From a virus, in the IMG/VR virus record IMGVR_UViG_3300036398_003294, positions 8,400-72,399 of that record: a DNA stretch of 64,000 nt; one strand, given 5' to 3'. A program made the translations under genes and the position numbers. Of the stretch, positions 11,401-21,300 are shown piece by piece (position 1 is the stretch's first letter; each line of letters begins with the position of its first letter). Below the pieces are notes generated by a model. It did no database searches, had not been told where the DNA came from, and worked only from the letters and a program-made list of their open reading frames with translations.

Positions 11401-11782
11401 ATTTAATAAGAACATCTTGAGCAAGTCTTTCGATATAGATGCCTTGAGGTTGAGCAGGTGGTTGGTAGAGGTTAACGATAGGTTGGATAACATTAAGATA
11501 AAAGGTTTCACTAATAGAAAGACTAAGAATGAGATTGTTATTACCATTATAAAGGATAAGACCATCAGGACTAAGAGCAGGATTAGGAAAGGTAAAGTAA
11601 TCACCATCAAAGAAAATATCTGCACCTGTGTAGGTTTGGTTTTCGATAGTGATGGAAAGATTACTAGGATCATCAGTAATGCCTTTAATAAAGATAGCTT
11701 TTTGAGTGGTGGAATAGGTAGCAGGACTATCTAATAAAGAACCACTAGGTGAAATAATTTGGATCATTTTTTTATCTTTCAA
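8498..11782 (-). CDS. Baseplate J-like wedge protein
   Basis: NPGSVTRD, FDKLAYNFGIKR..GTRAIGEVVF, GIAGNV, NENPTFGGSEVES, GKVDVWI, LGSNLRVSDVV..L....GV motifs. Confidence 0.85.
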   Translation of the reverse strand: MKDKKMIQIISPSGSLLDSPATYSTTQKAIFIKGITDDPSNLSITIENQTYTGADIFFDGDYFTFPNPALSPDGLILYNGNNNLILSLSISETFYLNVIQPIVNLYQPPAQPQGIYIERLAQDVLIKFQHTDNEIKYYNLYASVSSGGGINGYQKINFEPLDPISYGIGKEVLTTIADETFNANTETADPLYAKLNFIQTDGSTNLASDVIFNSEVTESVKRLRLTANLSSIDIQTEIVFKHNRQATQNSTPPTIQIGAFASLSNENVLYYVATAVKVVDGTEIESAYSLEVVGKPVNINQSNVSLPVVSRQTLTTDMITTIHKLQPDALVNPGSVTRDVIIDPFVNEMERARFLLDFTYRAMSFTTLLAIDDPRNTGKSIAVNNSNYKTALGQALFFSEQNRVQAVIDSAFDKLAYNFGIKRRLGTRAIGEVVFFVKTAPTRTINIPAYTTIYAGSIPFQTTQFARISTDTLSSYYDPVKDRYAVYVPVQALNIGIAGNVTSNQIRNSSINGLSVNNENPTFGGSEVESNLDLSSRSINTLASVDTGTKSGIERLASATAGVTEVFIAGAESPYQFRGDGKVDVWIRGVSLATATDLYAPNFQTHKDSLFIPIAEGIYQFKLGDLSATLYKMIDNQTLGYGLKNATTGQWFDLTNHSITDDNIVILDTSLSQPDYNITDVIIGDWQENISEIIYLTRQPVESITSLIDENNVEYAQGTDYLFKKTQDPLLEGYSTKAKDNILINNGVITSDFYSTSEVFSFIGFYPYQLTKKGVDALSIQLRLDSSGDGETGFTFYNSSFEENPDFIIETTDDGYTTLTRTSNSTIPENVAVKVNYSYLLNLEVTYTYNQVLQNVQSQINIAKHLTADILVKECIPCPVDVKANIVVRKGYQVSQIDLAIRNNLQNYISYLNLGSNLRVSDVVRVLDNADGVAFIDLPLTQLSFSVNTPVIREEIIPNNSYTQIVALTTGVAIAWLIDVNLSQPVSTNGGELGRVYGNGLEFNLVSQSLVTTLGNTPNSVCIIGNADLVIGGNPIANSKNKILVALPVGKSPSEYTFHVNYQTADGLGFVNNLSLNPFSYFTVGNLNFTYRAE

Positions 11783-12807
11783 TTGGTTAAGTCAATAGAA
11801 CCGGGGACTGCAAACACAATGTTAATTTCAACAGGTGTATTTGCTCTGCTAACAAGACTAATATCAACAAGGTAGGCATTATTAGTATTGGCAACTTGTT
11901 GCACATCAATTTTCCGAACAGATGCGATTTGTTCTTCTAAAGATAGCTTTTGTATTTTACCAACTTGATTTTGAATATTGATATGTTGATTAAGAGCCTG
12001 TCTAACAGATTCTTGTATGCTAAGTTTAGCAAGGTTATCTTGTTTAGCACCTACAAAATCAAAAGCATTAGTACCATACCAAGAGTGTTGAGGATTAGAA
12101 TTAATTTTAGTAAGGCAAACTTTAGCAACTTGCTGGTAAAGAAGATCATGTTTCTCTACTTGTTTAATTTCACCATACTCATTAAATCTAAGATCATTTT
12201 CGATACCTGTGCTACTGCATCGATTACAATAATTCTTTTCTGTTGTATATGAAACAAGGTAATTGCCTTTAACATTTTCATTAAAGCGAATGAAATATCC
12301 TAAGCCATCATCTCTTTTAAATAATTTCCAACCTGTATGTAATAACTTTCCTTGTGCTTTAAATTTCTCATAAGTAAATCCGAACTTATTTAAATCACCT
12401 TGTAATTCTAATCTCGAAGATAAACCTGTGGACTTATCTTTTATTTGAATAGATTGGTTTACTAGATTGACTTCTACCTTATTCATAGGCAGTGATGCAG
12501 TAAGTGTCTTTTGAATTTGTGTTGCAGACAAAAGACCTGTATCAAATTTAATAGGATAAGATACATTTTGATAAACAAAATTGTAGTTTGGATTGAGGAT
12601 TTTATATGGAGCATTAGCAGGGAAGATAATTTCAGCAGATGAATAAAGACCTTCTTGATTTATGGTTATATTATTTTTAGTGATGGTGAAAAGACTAGAA
12701 CCATTGATAGGTGATCTAGTGACAACATCAGTAATATTATCTAAAGTGTAGGATTCAAACCTAATATAGTGTGGACATAGGTGTGAAACATGAATGTCTT
12801 TACTCAT
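11779..12807 (-). CDS. Baseplate wedge protein with C-terminal gp25/GPW-like domain
   Basis: LYQQVAKVCLT...HSWYGT...IQESVRQAL...LVDISLVS pattern; CxxC; overlaps the start of baseplate J. Confidence 0.6.
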   Translation of the reverse strand: MSKDIHVSHLCPHYIRFESYTLDNITDVVTRSPINGSSLFTITKNNITINQEGLYSSAEIIFPANAPYKILNPNYNFVYQNVSYPIKFDTGLLSATQIQKTLTASLPMNKVEVNLVNQSIQIKDKSTGLSSRLELQGDLNKFGFTYEKFKAQGKLLHTGWKLFKRDDGLGYFIRFNENVKGNYLVSYTTEKNYCNRCSSTGIENDLRFNEYGEIKQVEKHDLLYQQVAKVCLTKINSNPQHSWYGTNAFDFVGAKQDNLAKLSIQESVRQALNQHINIQNQVGKIQKLSLEEQIASVRKIDVQQVANTNNAYLVDISLVSRANTPVEINIVFAVPGSIDLTN

Positions 12808-12873
12808 TTCTATATATGCCTTTCTTGTCTATCATATAAAGAGTATATATATTTAAAAAAAACTTTTAAAAAG

Positions 12874-12902
12874 TTGCAATCAAAGCTAATCGGTAAGTGT
12901 TT
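12874..12902 (+). promoter_or_regulatory. Conserved motif TTGCAAT-N4-GC-N8-AAGTGTTT, copy 1 (putative early promoter)
   Basis: ttgcaat caaa gc taatcggt aagtgttt, upstream of 12959 ORF. Confidence 0.75.
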
Positions 12903-12958
12903 TATTACCATAGGTATGTAGGTAATGAACAAAAAACTCAAACAAAGGATGTCATCAA

Positions 12959-13201
12959 ATGATGAATGAACTTGTAAATCTCTGTAATACAAATGAAAAT
13001 CTTGGCACTAGATACCATTGGTATCAAGAAAATGGTGTTATGTACTTTCTAGGTTTTGGTCTTAAAGGCTCTTTTACTTTCAATGAAAAAACTTTTGAGT
13101 ATGAACTTGTGCTTGATAACAAAGTACTTGCTAAAGATCAAATTGAAGAAAGTGATGACATTGCATATAGTTGTATGAGAGCAATTAGAAAAGAAATCTA
13201 A
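12959..13201 (+). CDS. Small hypothetical accessory protein
   Basis: ORF with AAAGGA RBS behind motif copy 1. Confidence 0.75.
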   Translation: MMNELVNLCNTNENLGTRYHWYQENGVMYFLGFGLKGSFTFNEKTFEYELVLDNKVLAKDQIEESDDIAYSCMRAIRKEI

Positions 13202-13204
13202 GTC

Positions 13205-13354
13205 ATGCAGTCAATATTAAATGATGTATATGCTTTGCTATATACTTGTAAAAGTTATCAAATAAGAACAGAAGTAGAATCTGTTCTTGTTAAAAACAAA
13301 CTCAACATAAAAATCCTAACTGCCTTAAAGACAAAACTCTTAAAGCATCAATAA
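13205..13354 (+). CDS. 49-aa hypothetical protein absent from the ORF track (MQSILNDVYALL...)
   Basis: ATG 3 nt after previous stop, fills the gap; weak resemblance to the repeat unit of the next two genes. Confidence 0.5.
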   Translation: MQSILNDVYALLYTCKSYQIRTEVESVLVKNKLNIKILTALKTKLLKHQ

Positions 13355-13370
13355 AAGTTTTTTTTGAGAG

Positions 13371-13399
13371 TTGCAATAGAAGCTAATCCACAAGTGTTT
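13371..13399 (+). promoter_or_regulatory. Conserved motif copy 2
   Basis: ttgcaat agaa gc taatccac aagtgttt. Confidence 0.75.
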
Positions 13400-13438
13400 T
13401 ATTACTGTAGGAAACTTAACAAAACATGGAGTAAAAAA

Positions 13439-13858
13439 ATGGATACACAAGCCTTTATCAATAATGCCAAAGCTATTCTTATGGTAAGCAATGATGAGTG
13501 GACAAAGAAATTTGCACAGTCATTATTAGACCAAGTCAATACAGGTAAAGCATTATCAGAAAAACAAATAAATCTTTTCAATGCTAAGTTGGATTTGATT
13601 TTCAATCCACCTGCACCTATTGAGATAGATCAAGAGTTTGTCAATCAAGTAAATGCTTTAAAGACTAAGACCAAATCTGAATGGCTTTTGACTTTCTGTG
13701 ATTCAATTCTCACTCAAATGAGAGCAGGTAGAGCATTAACAGAAAAACAAAAAGCAGTCTTTAAAGCTAAATATGACAAGTTAGTCTTAAAGATTAAACC
13801 TGTGAAATCTGAAGTTGATCCTGAATGGAATGACTATATGGATCAAGACAATAATTAA
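13439..13858 (+). CDS. Hypothetical protein with two W..F..S.L.Q...G.AL.EKQ repeats (start revised to MDTQAF)
   Basis: GGAG RBS before ATG 13439; longer ORF start overlaps the promoter motif. Confidence 0.8.
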   Translation: MDTQAFINNAKAILMVSNDEWTKKFAQSLLDQVNTGKALSEKQINLFNAKLDLIFNPPAPIEIDQEFVNQVNALKTKTKSEWLLTFCDSILTQMRAGRALTEKQKAVFKAKYDKLVLKIKPVKSEVDPEWNDYMDQDNN

Positions 13859-14277
13859 TGGATACACAAGCCTTTATTAATAATGCAAAATCTATTCTGA
13901 TTTGCAGTAATTCTATATGGACTAAAAACAAAGTTCAAGTTTTATTAGATCGAGTTCTTGCAGGCAAGTCTTTAGATACAGATCAAATTCATTTATTTGA
14001 ATATCTTTTAAATCGTGTCTTTCATCCAACACAGATCACAATAGAACTTAACTTTTACACAGTCACAGACCTTGCTACAGAACTTATTCGTATTTATTTT
14101 ACATCATGGCAGTTAATTTTTGTAGCAGAATTGAGAAAAAGCCTGCTAGAAAAGCAAGACATTTCTTATAACAAGCATTACATCTTTGATGTTTTATATA
14201 GGCAACTTGTCTTAAAACAAAAAACCTTAGAGGATGGACTAGATAATCAAATCTTATTTGAGATGGCTAACGAATAA
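13858..14277 (+). CDS. Diverged tandem paralog of the preceding gene
   Basis: Same N-terminus MDTQAFINNAK; stop/start overlap. Confidence 0.8.
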   Translation: MDTQAFINNAKSILICSNSIWTKNKVQVLLDRVLAGKSLDTDQIHLFEYLLNRVFHPTQITIELNFYTVTDLATELIRIYFTSWQLIFVAELRKSLLEKQDISYNKHYIFDVLYRQLVLKQKTLEDGLDNQILFEMANE

Positions 14278-14329
14278 AATATTTATACTTATTATCTTTT
14301 ATATATGCTTTAAATAAAGGATAAAGATT

Positions 14330-15697
14330 ATGCCTGCAGGTTGGGAATTTTCAAGATCACCTTATCCAATGCCACCTAGAAATACATCAGCTAATTCACC
14401 TTTTCTTAAAGGTGCAATAGATTTAAGATGGGATAGTCCTTCTTTTATTCATGAAAATGAAGGTTGGATTATTCGTGGTGTCAATATCTATAGATCAAAT
14501 ACATCAGATCGGGGTCCTTACCAAAGGATTAACCAACAGCCTATATCTGCTACTTTTTATAGAGATACTAATATTACTGAAATGATTTATGATGAAGTCA
14601 TTACAAATTGGATTAGTAAAGGCAGTAATGCAGATGGTTCTTATCGTTTCAGAACAGCAAGACCAATAGCTAGAATAGGTAGTGCAATTGAGCCATCTAC
14701 ATCATATAGAGATGTCATTGTTAAAATAGATGGTCAAGTAGCTTATCCTGCTAGTGTCTTTGGTCAAACAGGTGATATTGTATTAAGACAAGGTGCAACA
14801 ACATCTGTAATCACTTTAATGAATGACATACAGCTTGCATTTGATCCAAATACAAGTGTAGTTACTTGTACATACCTGTCATATTTACCTGAAGGCAAAA
14901 TCAGTGCTATTATAGATAAAAAGACATATTATAGAGTAACAACAGTGGCAGAAGATCCTACTACAGGTGCTTTACATGAAAGTCCATTAGATTATACTCA
15001 ACCATTTAGTGATATTGAAATTGAGAAAGTAGATTGGATGTGGAGGGAAGGTGTAAGAAGAAATCAATGGGCATTAGAGCAAGGTGGTGAACGAGTTCGC
15101 TTATTCTTAAAGAAAGTAGTTGGTCAACCATGCGAGTGTGGAGCATTTAATAGATTTACATTAGAATATGGCAAGCAACCTGATTCAAGGTGTATTAGGT
15201 GTTTTGGTACAGGTTTAATAGGTGGATATGATGGACCCTATGATATTATAGTTGCACCTGATGATGCAGAAAGAAGAATAAGTCAAGCAACACAAGGTAG
15301 AAGGAAAGAACATAGCTATGAAGTGTATATAGGACCCTCACCTATAGTATCTCAAAGAGATTTTATAGTTAAGCAAAATAATGATCGGTATAGCATAGGG
15401 CCTGTAAGAAGACCAAATGCTAGAGGCAATGTATTGCAACAGCATTTTAATTTAGGATATTTTGAGCCTGCTGATATAAGATATTCTGTACCAATGGATG
15501 GAGTACCTGTATTATGGCATAAGACAAAATACACATATCAAACAATAAGAGATACATATTCAGCTAGGAATGATGCACCATATTCAACACAGCCTGATTC
15601 AGCGATACCAATGATGACAGAGAAAGATAGTGTATCTGCAAATCATGAATTAAGAGGCAGAACAGCAGTATGGGAAAACCATAATCATGGTGGATAA
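14330..15697 (+). CDS. Putative neck/head-closure virion protein with Cys-rich Zn-binding segment
   Basis: FN3-like start (LRWD...GVNIYRS), CEC...CIRCFGTG..GGY; upstream of tail genes. Confidence 0.45.
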   Translation: MPAGWEFSRSPYPMPPRNTSANSPFLKGAIDLRWDSPSFIHENEGWIIRGVNIYRSNTSDRGPYQRINQQPISATFYRDTNITEMIYDEVITNWISKGSNADGSYRFRTARPIARIGSAIEPSTSYRDVIVKIDGQVAYPASVFGQTGDIVLRQGATTSVITLMNDIQLAFDPNTSVVTCTYLSYLPEGKISAIIDKKTYYRVTTVAEDPTTGALHESPLDYTQPFSDIEIEKVDWMWREGVRRNQWALEQGGERVRLFLKKVVGQPCECGAFNRFTLEYGKQPDSRCIRCFGTGLIGGYDGPYDIIVAPDDAERRISQATQGRRKEHSYEVYIGPSPIVSQRDFIVKQNNDRYSIGPVRRPNARGNVLQQHFNLGYFEPADIRYSVPMDGVPVLWHKTKYTYQTIRDTYSARNDAPYSTQPDSAIPMMTEKDSVSANHELRGRTAVWENHNHGG

Positions 15698-15714
15698 GAT
15701 TTATTTTAAATAAG

Positions 15715-15743
15715 TTGCAATGAAAGCCTTTCGATAAGTGTTT
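15715..15743 (+). promoter_or_regulatory. Conserved motif copy 3
   Basis: ttgcaat gaaa gc ctttcgat aagtgttt. Confidence 0.75.
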
Positions 15744-15800
15744 ATATATTGTTAGTAAAAAACGAAATGAAAAACACTTTCAAAAAAAAGGACAAAGCAA

Positions 15801-16097
15801 ATGAGTGACGAACTTATTAAAGCAATGGAATGGTTAATGTGGCAACTTGGCATGATGTACACTGTTGATGAACACAGTTCAAGATACATTGAAGTATGTG
15901 GCAGTGAAAGTCATGCAGTGATTGAATACAGATGGCAAGGATTTGTTCAAGTTGTCATTTCTTCTGATTCAGATGATGAAGAAGAAAAAAGAGAAGATTT
16001 GATACAAAGATGGGAAATTAAAGAAGATGAAGAGAATGAAGATTTACTTCAGATTGAAATGGAAAGCATCTTAAATTATGTAAGAAACAATATGTAA
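15801..16097 (+). CDS. Small acidic hypothetical protein
   Basis: AAGGA RBS; behind motif copy 3. Confidence 0.75.
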   Translation: MSDELIKAMEWLMWQLGMMYTVDEHSSRYIEVCGSESHAVIEYRWQGFVQVVISSDSDDEEEKREDLIQRWEIKEDEENEDLLQIEMESILNYVRNNM

Positions 16098-16149
16098 TAA
16101 ACTTTAATCCTTTTATAAATGTTATCTTATATAAAAGGAATATTGAAAA

Positions 16150-16731
16150 ATGGATAGATTAAAAAAGCAATTTGTCTTTAAACAGCCTTTAAAAGATAAG
16201 ACAAAAAAAGAAATAAAGTTCATTGCAGAAATGATCTTAAATGAAGTAAGAGAAGAGGCAAAAAGAGCAGGTCAATTATTTAGTGCAGTACCTAAAACAC
16301 AAGAATTTATTTATTCGTTTGGTGTGCAAATCAAAGACAATGGTGATGTGGTCTTATATTCTACATGGCAACATATCAAATACCATTTAAAAAATAAGCC
16401 TGCATATCCAATGTATTGGTTAAAGACAGATAGAAATAAACCAAGACAAGCAATCCCTGTTAAAAATAAACAAGGTGAAATAGAATTTAGAACATTACCT
16501 TTAGTAACAGAAAAGTCATGGATTCATCCAGCTATTGTAAAATACTCATGGATAGAAAAAGCAATAGATAGAGCAGTGATGCAAGCTACTGCCATTTTAG
16601 CTTATGAGAAATTGACAGGACAAGAAATGCTTGATAGAAAAAAGCTAATGCTACAAGCTAAAAGAAAGCAAACTAGATTTAATGCTTTAACAACACGGAG
16701 TAAAAAAGATGGTGGACAAAATAATCGATGA
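16150..16731 (+). CDS. Basic hypothetical protein, possible virion morphogenesis (neck) factor
   Basis: FRT...SWIHPA resembles the WIHPG motif of myophage neck-region proteins; context. Confidence 0.4.
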   Translation: MDRLKKQFVFKQPLKDKTKKEIKFIAEMILNEVREEAKRAGQLFSAVPKTQEFIYSFGVQIKDNGDVVLYSTWQHIKYHLKNKPAYPMYWLKTDRNKPRQAIPVKNKQGEIEFRTLPLVTEKSWIHPAIVKYSWIEKAIDRAVMQATAILAYEKLTGQEMLDRKKLMLQAKRKQTRFNALTTRSKKDGGQNNR

Positions 16732-16768
16732 AGTTCTTAAAAGCATCTTCAAAAGGAGCAAATAAAAA

Positions 16769-17878
16769 ATGTTTCATTACTTAACATTAGAGGTTCGTAA
16801 TCTGATGATTGAAGAACTTAGGAAGTATTGGTCAGATCATCCAAGATATCCTGAATTAGCAAATAATATTCAAGGCAAATACAGCTTTGACCAAAGACCA
16901 CAATTTGGGATGGTGATTAAGACAGGTGGTGCAAATAATGTAGTGATGAGTGCAGATAACTATTTATCCACAGTAAGAGGATATGTTTATCTAGCTAAGA
17001 CAAAAAAACTACAATATGGATCTATTGAATGGGTAAAAGAAAATCCACAATTTAGAGCAGAAGAAGGCATCTATATTTTAGATATTACTCAAATGGAAGA
17101 TCAATATGAAACCTATCGTATAGATATTACTAAATATAAAAGAGTAAAAGAAACTGAGCCTGTCTTTATTAGTCCAACAGAAATTCAATTGTTAGGTACA
17201 CCTATTGAGAATAGTTTAAGAATTATTGAGAAACCATCATATATGCGATATGTGGAAGGTGTAGACTATACTTTAAATGGTGATGTGATTGAATTAGCAG
17301 AAGAATTATTAAATGGTTTAAATATAGAGATCACATATACAGAATTGCAGGTAGATGTGATTGAGCCTAAATATGTAAGACCTGATCAAGTTTATCATAA
17401 GATCATCCCCGGGGTTTTAATTTATTTTGGTCGCAGGTTAAGAGGTGGTGATCAACAAGCAATCGTGGTTTTGGATGAACCTGATGATATTTATAGAGAG
17501 TATGGTGGCAGATGGGATGTATCAGTAGAAATAGAAATTATAGCAAGAGATGTGCATTCACAAGCAGATTTAGCAGATAGGACAACAGTGTGGCTGTGGG
17601 CAGTATTAAAAGACCAGCTTGCATCAAGAGGCATTAATATGAATGAAGTGAGTTTAGGTGGTGAATCAGAAGAAGTGTATGATGAGAATGGTGATGATTA
17701 TTTTTACACAGCGAGTGTATCTACAACCTTGCAAGTGGATTGGTTTATGCACATCCCATTGATAGCACCATTAATGTCTTATGGGAAATCTTTAAGTTTA
17801 GAAAAAGAATTACCTGATGCTGAAAATCAAGTAGGATATACGGGTTTAGTGAAATATAAAATCCAAGATCTTAAATAA
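16769..17878 (+). CDS. Putative tail completion/terminator protein
   Basis: Upstream of sheath; C-terminal WDVSVEIEIIARD....DLAD and YFYTASVSTTLQVDW strands. Confidence 0.45.
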   Translation: MFHYLTLEVRNLMIEELRKYWSDHPRYPELANNIQGKYSFDQRPQFGMVIKTGGANNVVMSADNYLSTVRGYVYLAKTKKLQYGSIEWVKENPQFRAEEGIYILDITQMEDQYETYRIDITKYKRVKETEPVFISPTEIQLLGTPIENSLRIIEKPSYMRYVEGVDYTLNGDVIELAEELLNGLNIEITYTELQVDVIEPKYVRPDQVYHKIIPGVLIYFGRRLRGGDQQAIVVLDEPDDIYREYGGRWDVSVEIEIIARDVHSQADLADRTTVWLWAVLKDQLASRGINMNEVSLGGESEEVYDENGDDYFYTASVSTTLQVDWFMHIPLIAPLMSYGKSLSLEKELPDAENQVGYTGLVKYKIQDLK

Positions 17879-17923
17879 TTTATTTATTATATCAATGTTA
17901 TTAAACAAAGAGGAGTAATCTTA

Positions 17924-18349
17924 ATGCCTATCTTAAAATTCCAATGTAGATCATGTGGTTTATCTTTTAGTAAAAGAGTTGCTACTGATATCAATTCTCA
18001 ATCCTGTAATTCATGTGGAAAAGAAGCCTTTTCTTCACTACAAGGTACAAAGAGTGTTGGATATAATGCAATTCAAGTAGCAGAAGTGAAACCACAGTCA
18101 ACAGGTATTGAAAGTTTAGATACTAACTTTGAACGAGTATTAATGCAAGATTCTATAAGAAAATGGGAAATTGCAAAGATGAGATATAAAGACAAAGTTA
18201 AGCTACTAGAAGAAACCAAAGGTAATCCATTAGATATAATCGTTGGATATGACAACGAGTATGTTATGGATAAGCATTACCATGAAACTCAAAGAGATAT
18301 TAAAAACCAAGTCAGAAAAGAAATTGGATGTAACTTCCAACAAAAATAG
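17924..18349 (+). CDS. FmdB-like zinc-ribbon protein
   Basis: MPILKFQCRSCG...CNSCG. Confidence 0.7.
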   Translation: MPILKFQCRSCGLSFSKRVATDINSQSCNSCGKEAFSSLQGTKSVGYNAIQVAEVKPQSTGIESLDTNFERVLMQDSIRKWEIAKMRYKDKVKLLEETKGNPLDIIVGYDNEYVMDKHYHETQRDIKNQVRKEIGCNFQQK

Positions 18350-18361
18350 GAGCAAAAGATT

Positions 18362-21300
18362 ATGGCTATTCAAGGTGGCTATGCACCGCCCGGTGTCTAT
18401 ACTCAAACAGTTTTTGATTCACCTTTACCATCTAGCAATTTCACAGGACAAATTCCTTTATTGCTAGGTGCTGGTAAAGAAACCATTCAATCTGTTGGTG
18501 TTCAAATGATTCGTGGATCTTCTTCATCTGTAGATCAACGAATAGTGAATGAAAACATGAGTGGTCGTGCAGTATTAGGATTTAATCCTGATGGCACACC
18601 CATTCTTGGTGATTTCAATGGAACTGCAACTAAAGTGCAAGTTCAAAAATTTCCTATGGTAGATGGCACAGGTGGTGGTGTTGTTGCTACTGATAGTTCT
18701 AGTGTTACAGCTTATGTCAATGGTCAAGTCACTGTTGTTTTAAGTGTAGATGGTGCTAAAGGCATTGTAGATACTGTTTTGGTTTCTTATTTTTTTAAGA
18801 GAACAGATACCTTAGTTGAAGATGAAAATATTTCATCTCAAATCACTACTACACAAGCTGAAATCATTGGCTCAAATGGTAGCTTTGATTTCGATGCTTT
18901 AAGTAATGTTTTTGTTTTCTTAGTAGATGGTGTTCAATATTCTATTTCTTTGCCAACAGTTTCTACAGGCACAAGAGAAGATGATCTTAATAGAGTAGTT
19001 GCTATTATTAATTCAGGTTCTTATGGATCTTTAGAGGCATCTTCATACACAGATAATTTCAATCAAGAGAACTTACAATTAAATGCTAATGGTTCTATTG
19101 TTATTGGCAATGGTTCAGCTAATGCTAAACTTGGTCTTGTGGTTAATCAATCTACATCAAGAAACAAAACTTTCTTTACAAGTCATTATCCTATCGTTGA
19201 TGGTACTAATGGTGGTATCACTACTACTGATATTACTGATGTTGTAGTTAAACTTAATGGTGCTGTTATTAGTCCAGCTAGTGTAGATGGTTCTAATGGT
19301 AGTATTACTCTTAAAGATGCTCCTGCAACAGATGCTACTTTAACAGTAACCTATTACTTTAATAACTTTAGAGATCAATTTGACTACATCCCAAGCACAG
19401 GTGTTGTTAGTGTTGAATCTATTTCTCTTGTTTCTGATGGATCAGGTGGTGCATCTTCTAATTTTATTGAAGGTGTTTCATGGGTTCTTAAAGATGATAA
19501 GATTGTTTGGGGTACTTCTGTTCTTGTTGGTGCAGGTGAAACTTCTTTAGGTGCTACTGCATTTAATGACAGCCAAATCACTGCATCTTTAAAAGATGAT
19601 AAAGTTTATCTTGTTGAATGTGAAAGAGTGATTGATACAAGTGTAGTACCACCTAGAGCATTGCCAAGTACCTTTAAATTACCTTACCAACCTGTTGATG
19701 GTACAGGCTCAGGTACACCAACATCAAGAGCAGATTTAGTTGAAGTCAAGGTAGGCTATAATTTTACTGATGCGATTGAAAAAGCTAATTCAGTAGTCGT
19801 TCGTGTTAATCCTTCTGATTCTACAATCGTTTTGGCTGAAGAAGTAGAAGAAGGCAAACAAGTATATGCTACTTTCTATTATAACACTTTGACTGATTCT
19901 ACCATTGGTGGAAATAATCAATATCAATTTGTTTGTTTATCTGATGGTGCTAGTGGTTCAGGTAAATATCAAGTCTTAAAGCAAGGTAGTGCTTTGCATG
20001 ATGTTACTTTAGGTACAAAAGGTTCATCTTTAAATGGTGTAGATTTATCTTTCCCAAGTGGCAGTGAATTATTGCCTGATGCTCGTATCACTACAGGCAC
20101 ACCTGTAAATGAAACAGTAACAGTAACATTTACATCAAGCAAGCCAGCAAGTGCTTTATTTATTAGTGGTGGTGCTAGTCCATATTTCACCATTAAAGAT
20201 ACAAGTGATCAAATCAATTTATCTATTGATGAGGCAGTTGTTACAGGTGGTGTAAGTTTATCTGCTCCAACAGGTACAGGTAGATTTGGTGCGATTGCAC
20301 ATATCGTAGGTGATGTATTGCCATATACAGTAGAAAGTGGCTTGCAAGATTTAGGTACAATTAGTGCAGGTAATGACAGTCTTCAATTAAAGCTAGATAA
20401 TGATGATGTAGTCGTCAATATTGGTACTGTTGCAAATTGTACTGCTGATGATATTGCAAATGCTATTAATATTGCTTGTAATAGTGTTTCTGCTAAATAC
20501 CAAGCGATGACTACCATGAATGGTGGTGTTGAGATTATTGCAAACAGTCATGATACTTTATCTTTCCAATTTGTAGGTAATACACATGGTACAGTAGGTG
20601 AAATTGCAATCACTTTGACAGATGCTGTTTATTCCACTGCAAATGCTTTGGCAACAGAACTTGAAACACAAATTAATAGTGCATTAGTAGATGCTTTACT
20701 TCAATATGAAGTAAATGGTGTTACTCAAGGTATTATTATTTCTGTTAGTGCAAATTCACAAGGTCGATTAATTTTTAGCTTAGATCAAATTGGTAAGAAA
20801 TTTGAAATCTTAGATGCAGTAGATATCATTCCGGGCGAAGTTTATGTTATTAAAACAGTAGGTGGTACAGACTTTACAGCAGTTGGTAGTGCAGATAATA
20901 ATATAGGTACAACCTTTACTGCTGATGAGTTCGGTATCATTTTAGGTGGTGTAGGTACAGTCGTTCATGCGATTACAGAACTTGTAGAAGAAACAGCAGG
21001 TTCTTTTGTTGTTGGTGAAACATATACAATTACAGTAGCAGGTACAACAGACTTTACTTTGATTGGCGCCGCTAATAACTTAGTAGGTACAACCTTTATT
21101 GCTTTAGGTGCTGGTGCTTTAGGTACAACAGGTAAAGCTGAACGAAATGTAGACCTTGAAGATACTTATGGTTACCTTGAATTTATTAGTCAAGCTGATC
21201 CTGAAGATGATTTTGCTATTATTGCAGGTATTGACACAGATGATGCAGATGGTACACAAACTAAGTTTGGTCTTTTACCTGTTGCTCAAGTTGCATCTAC

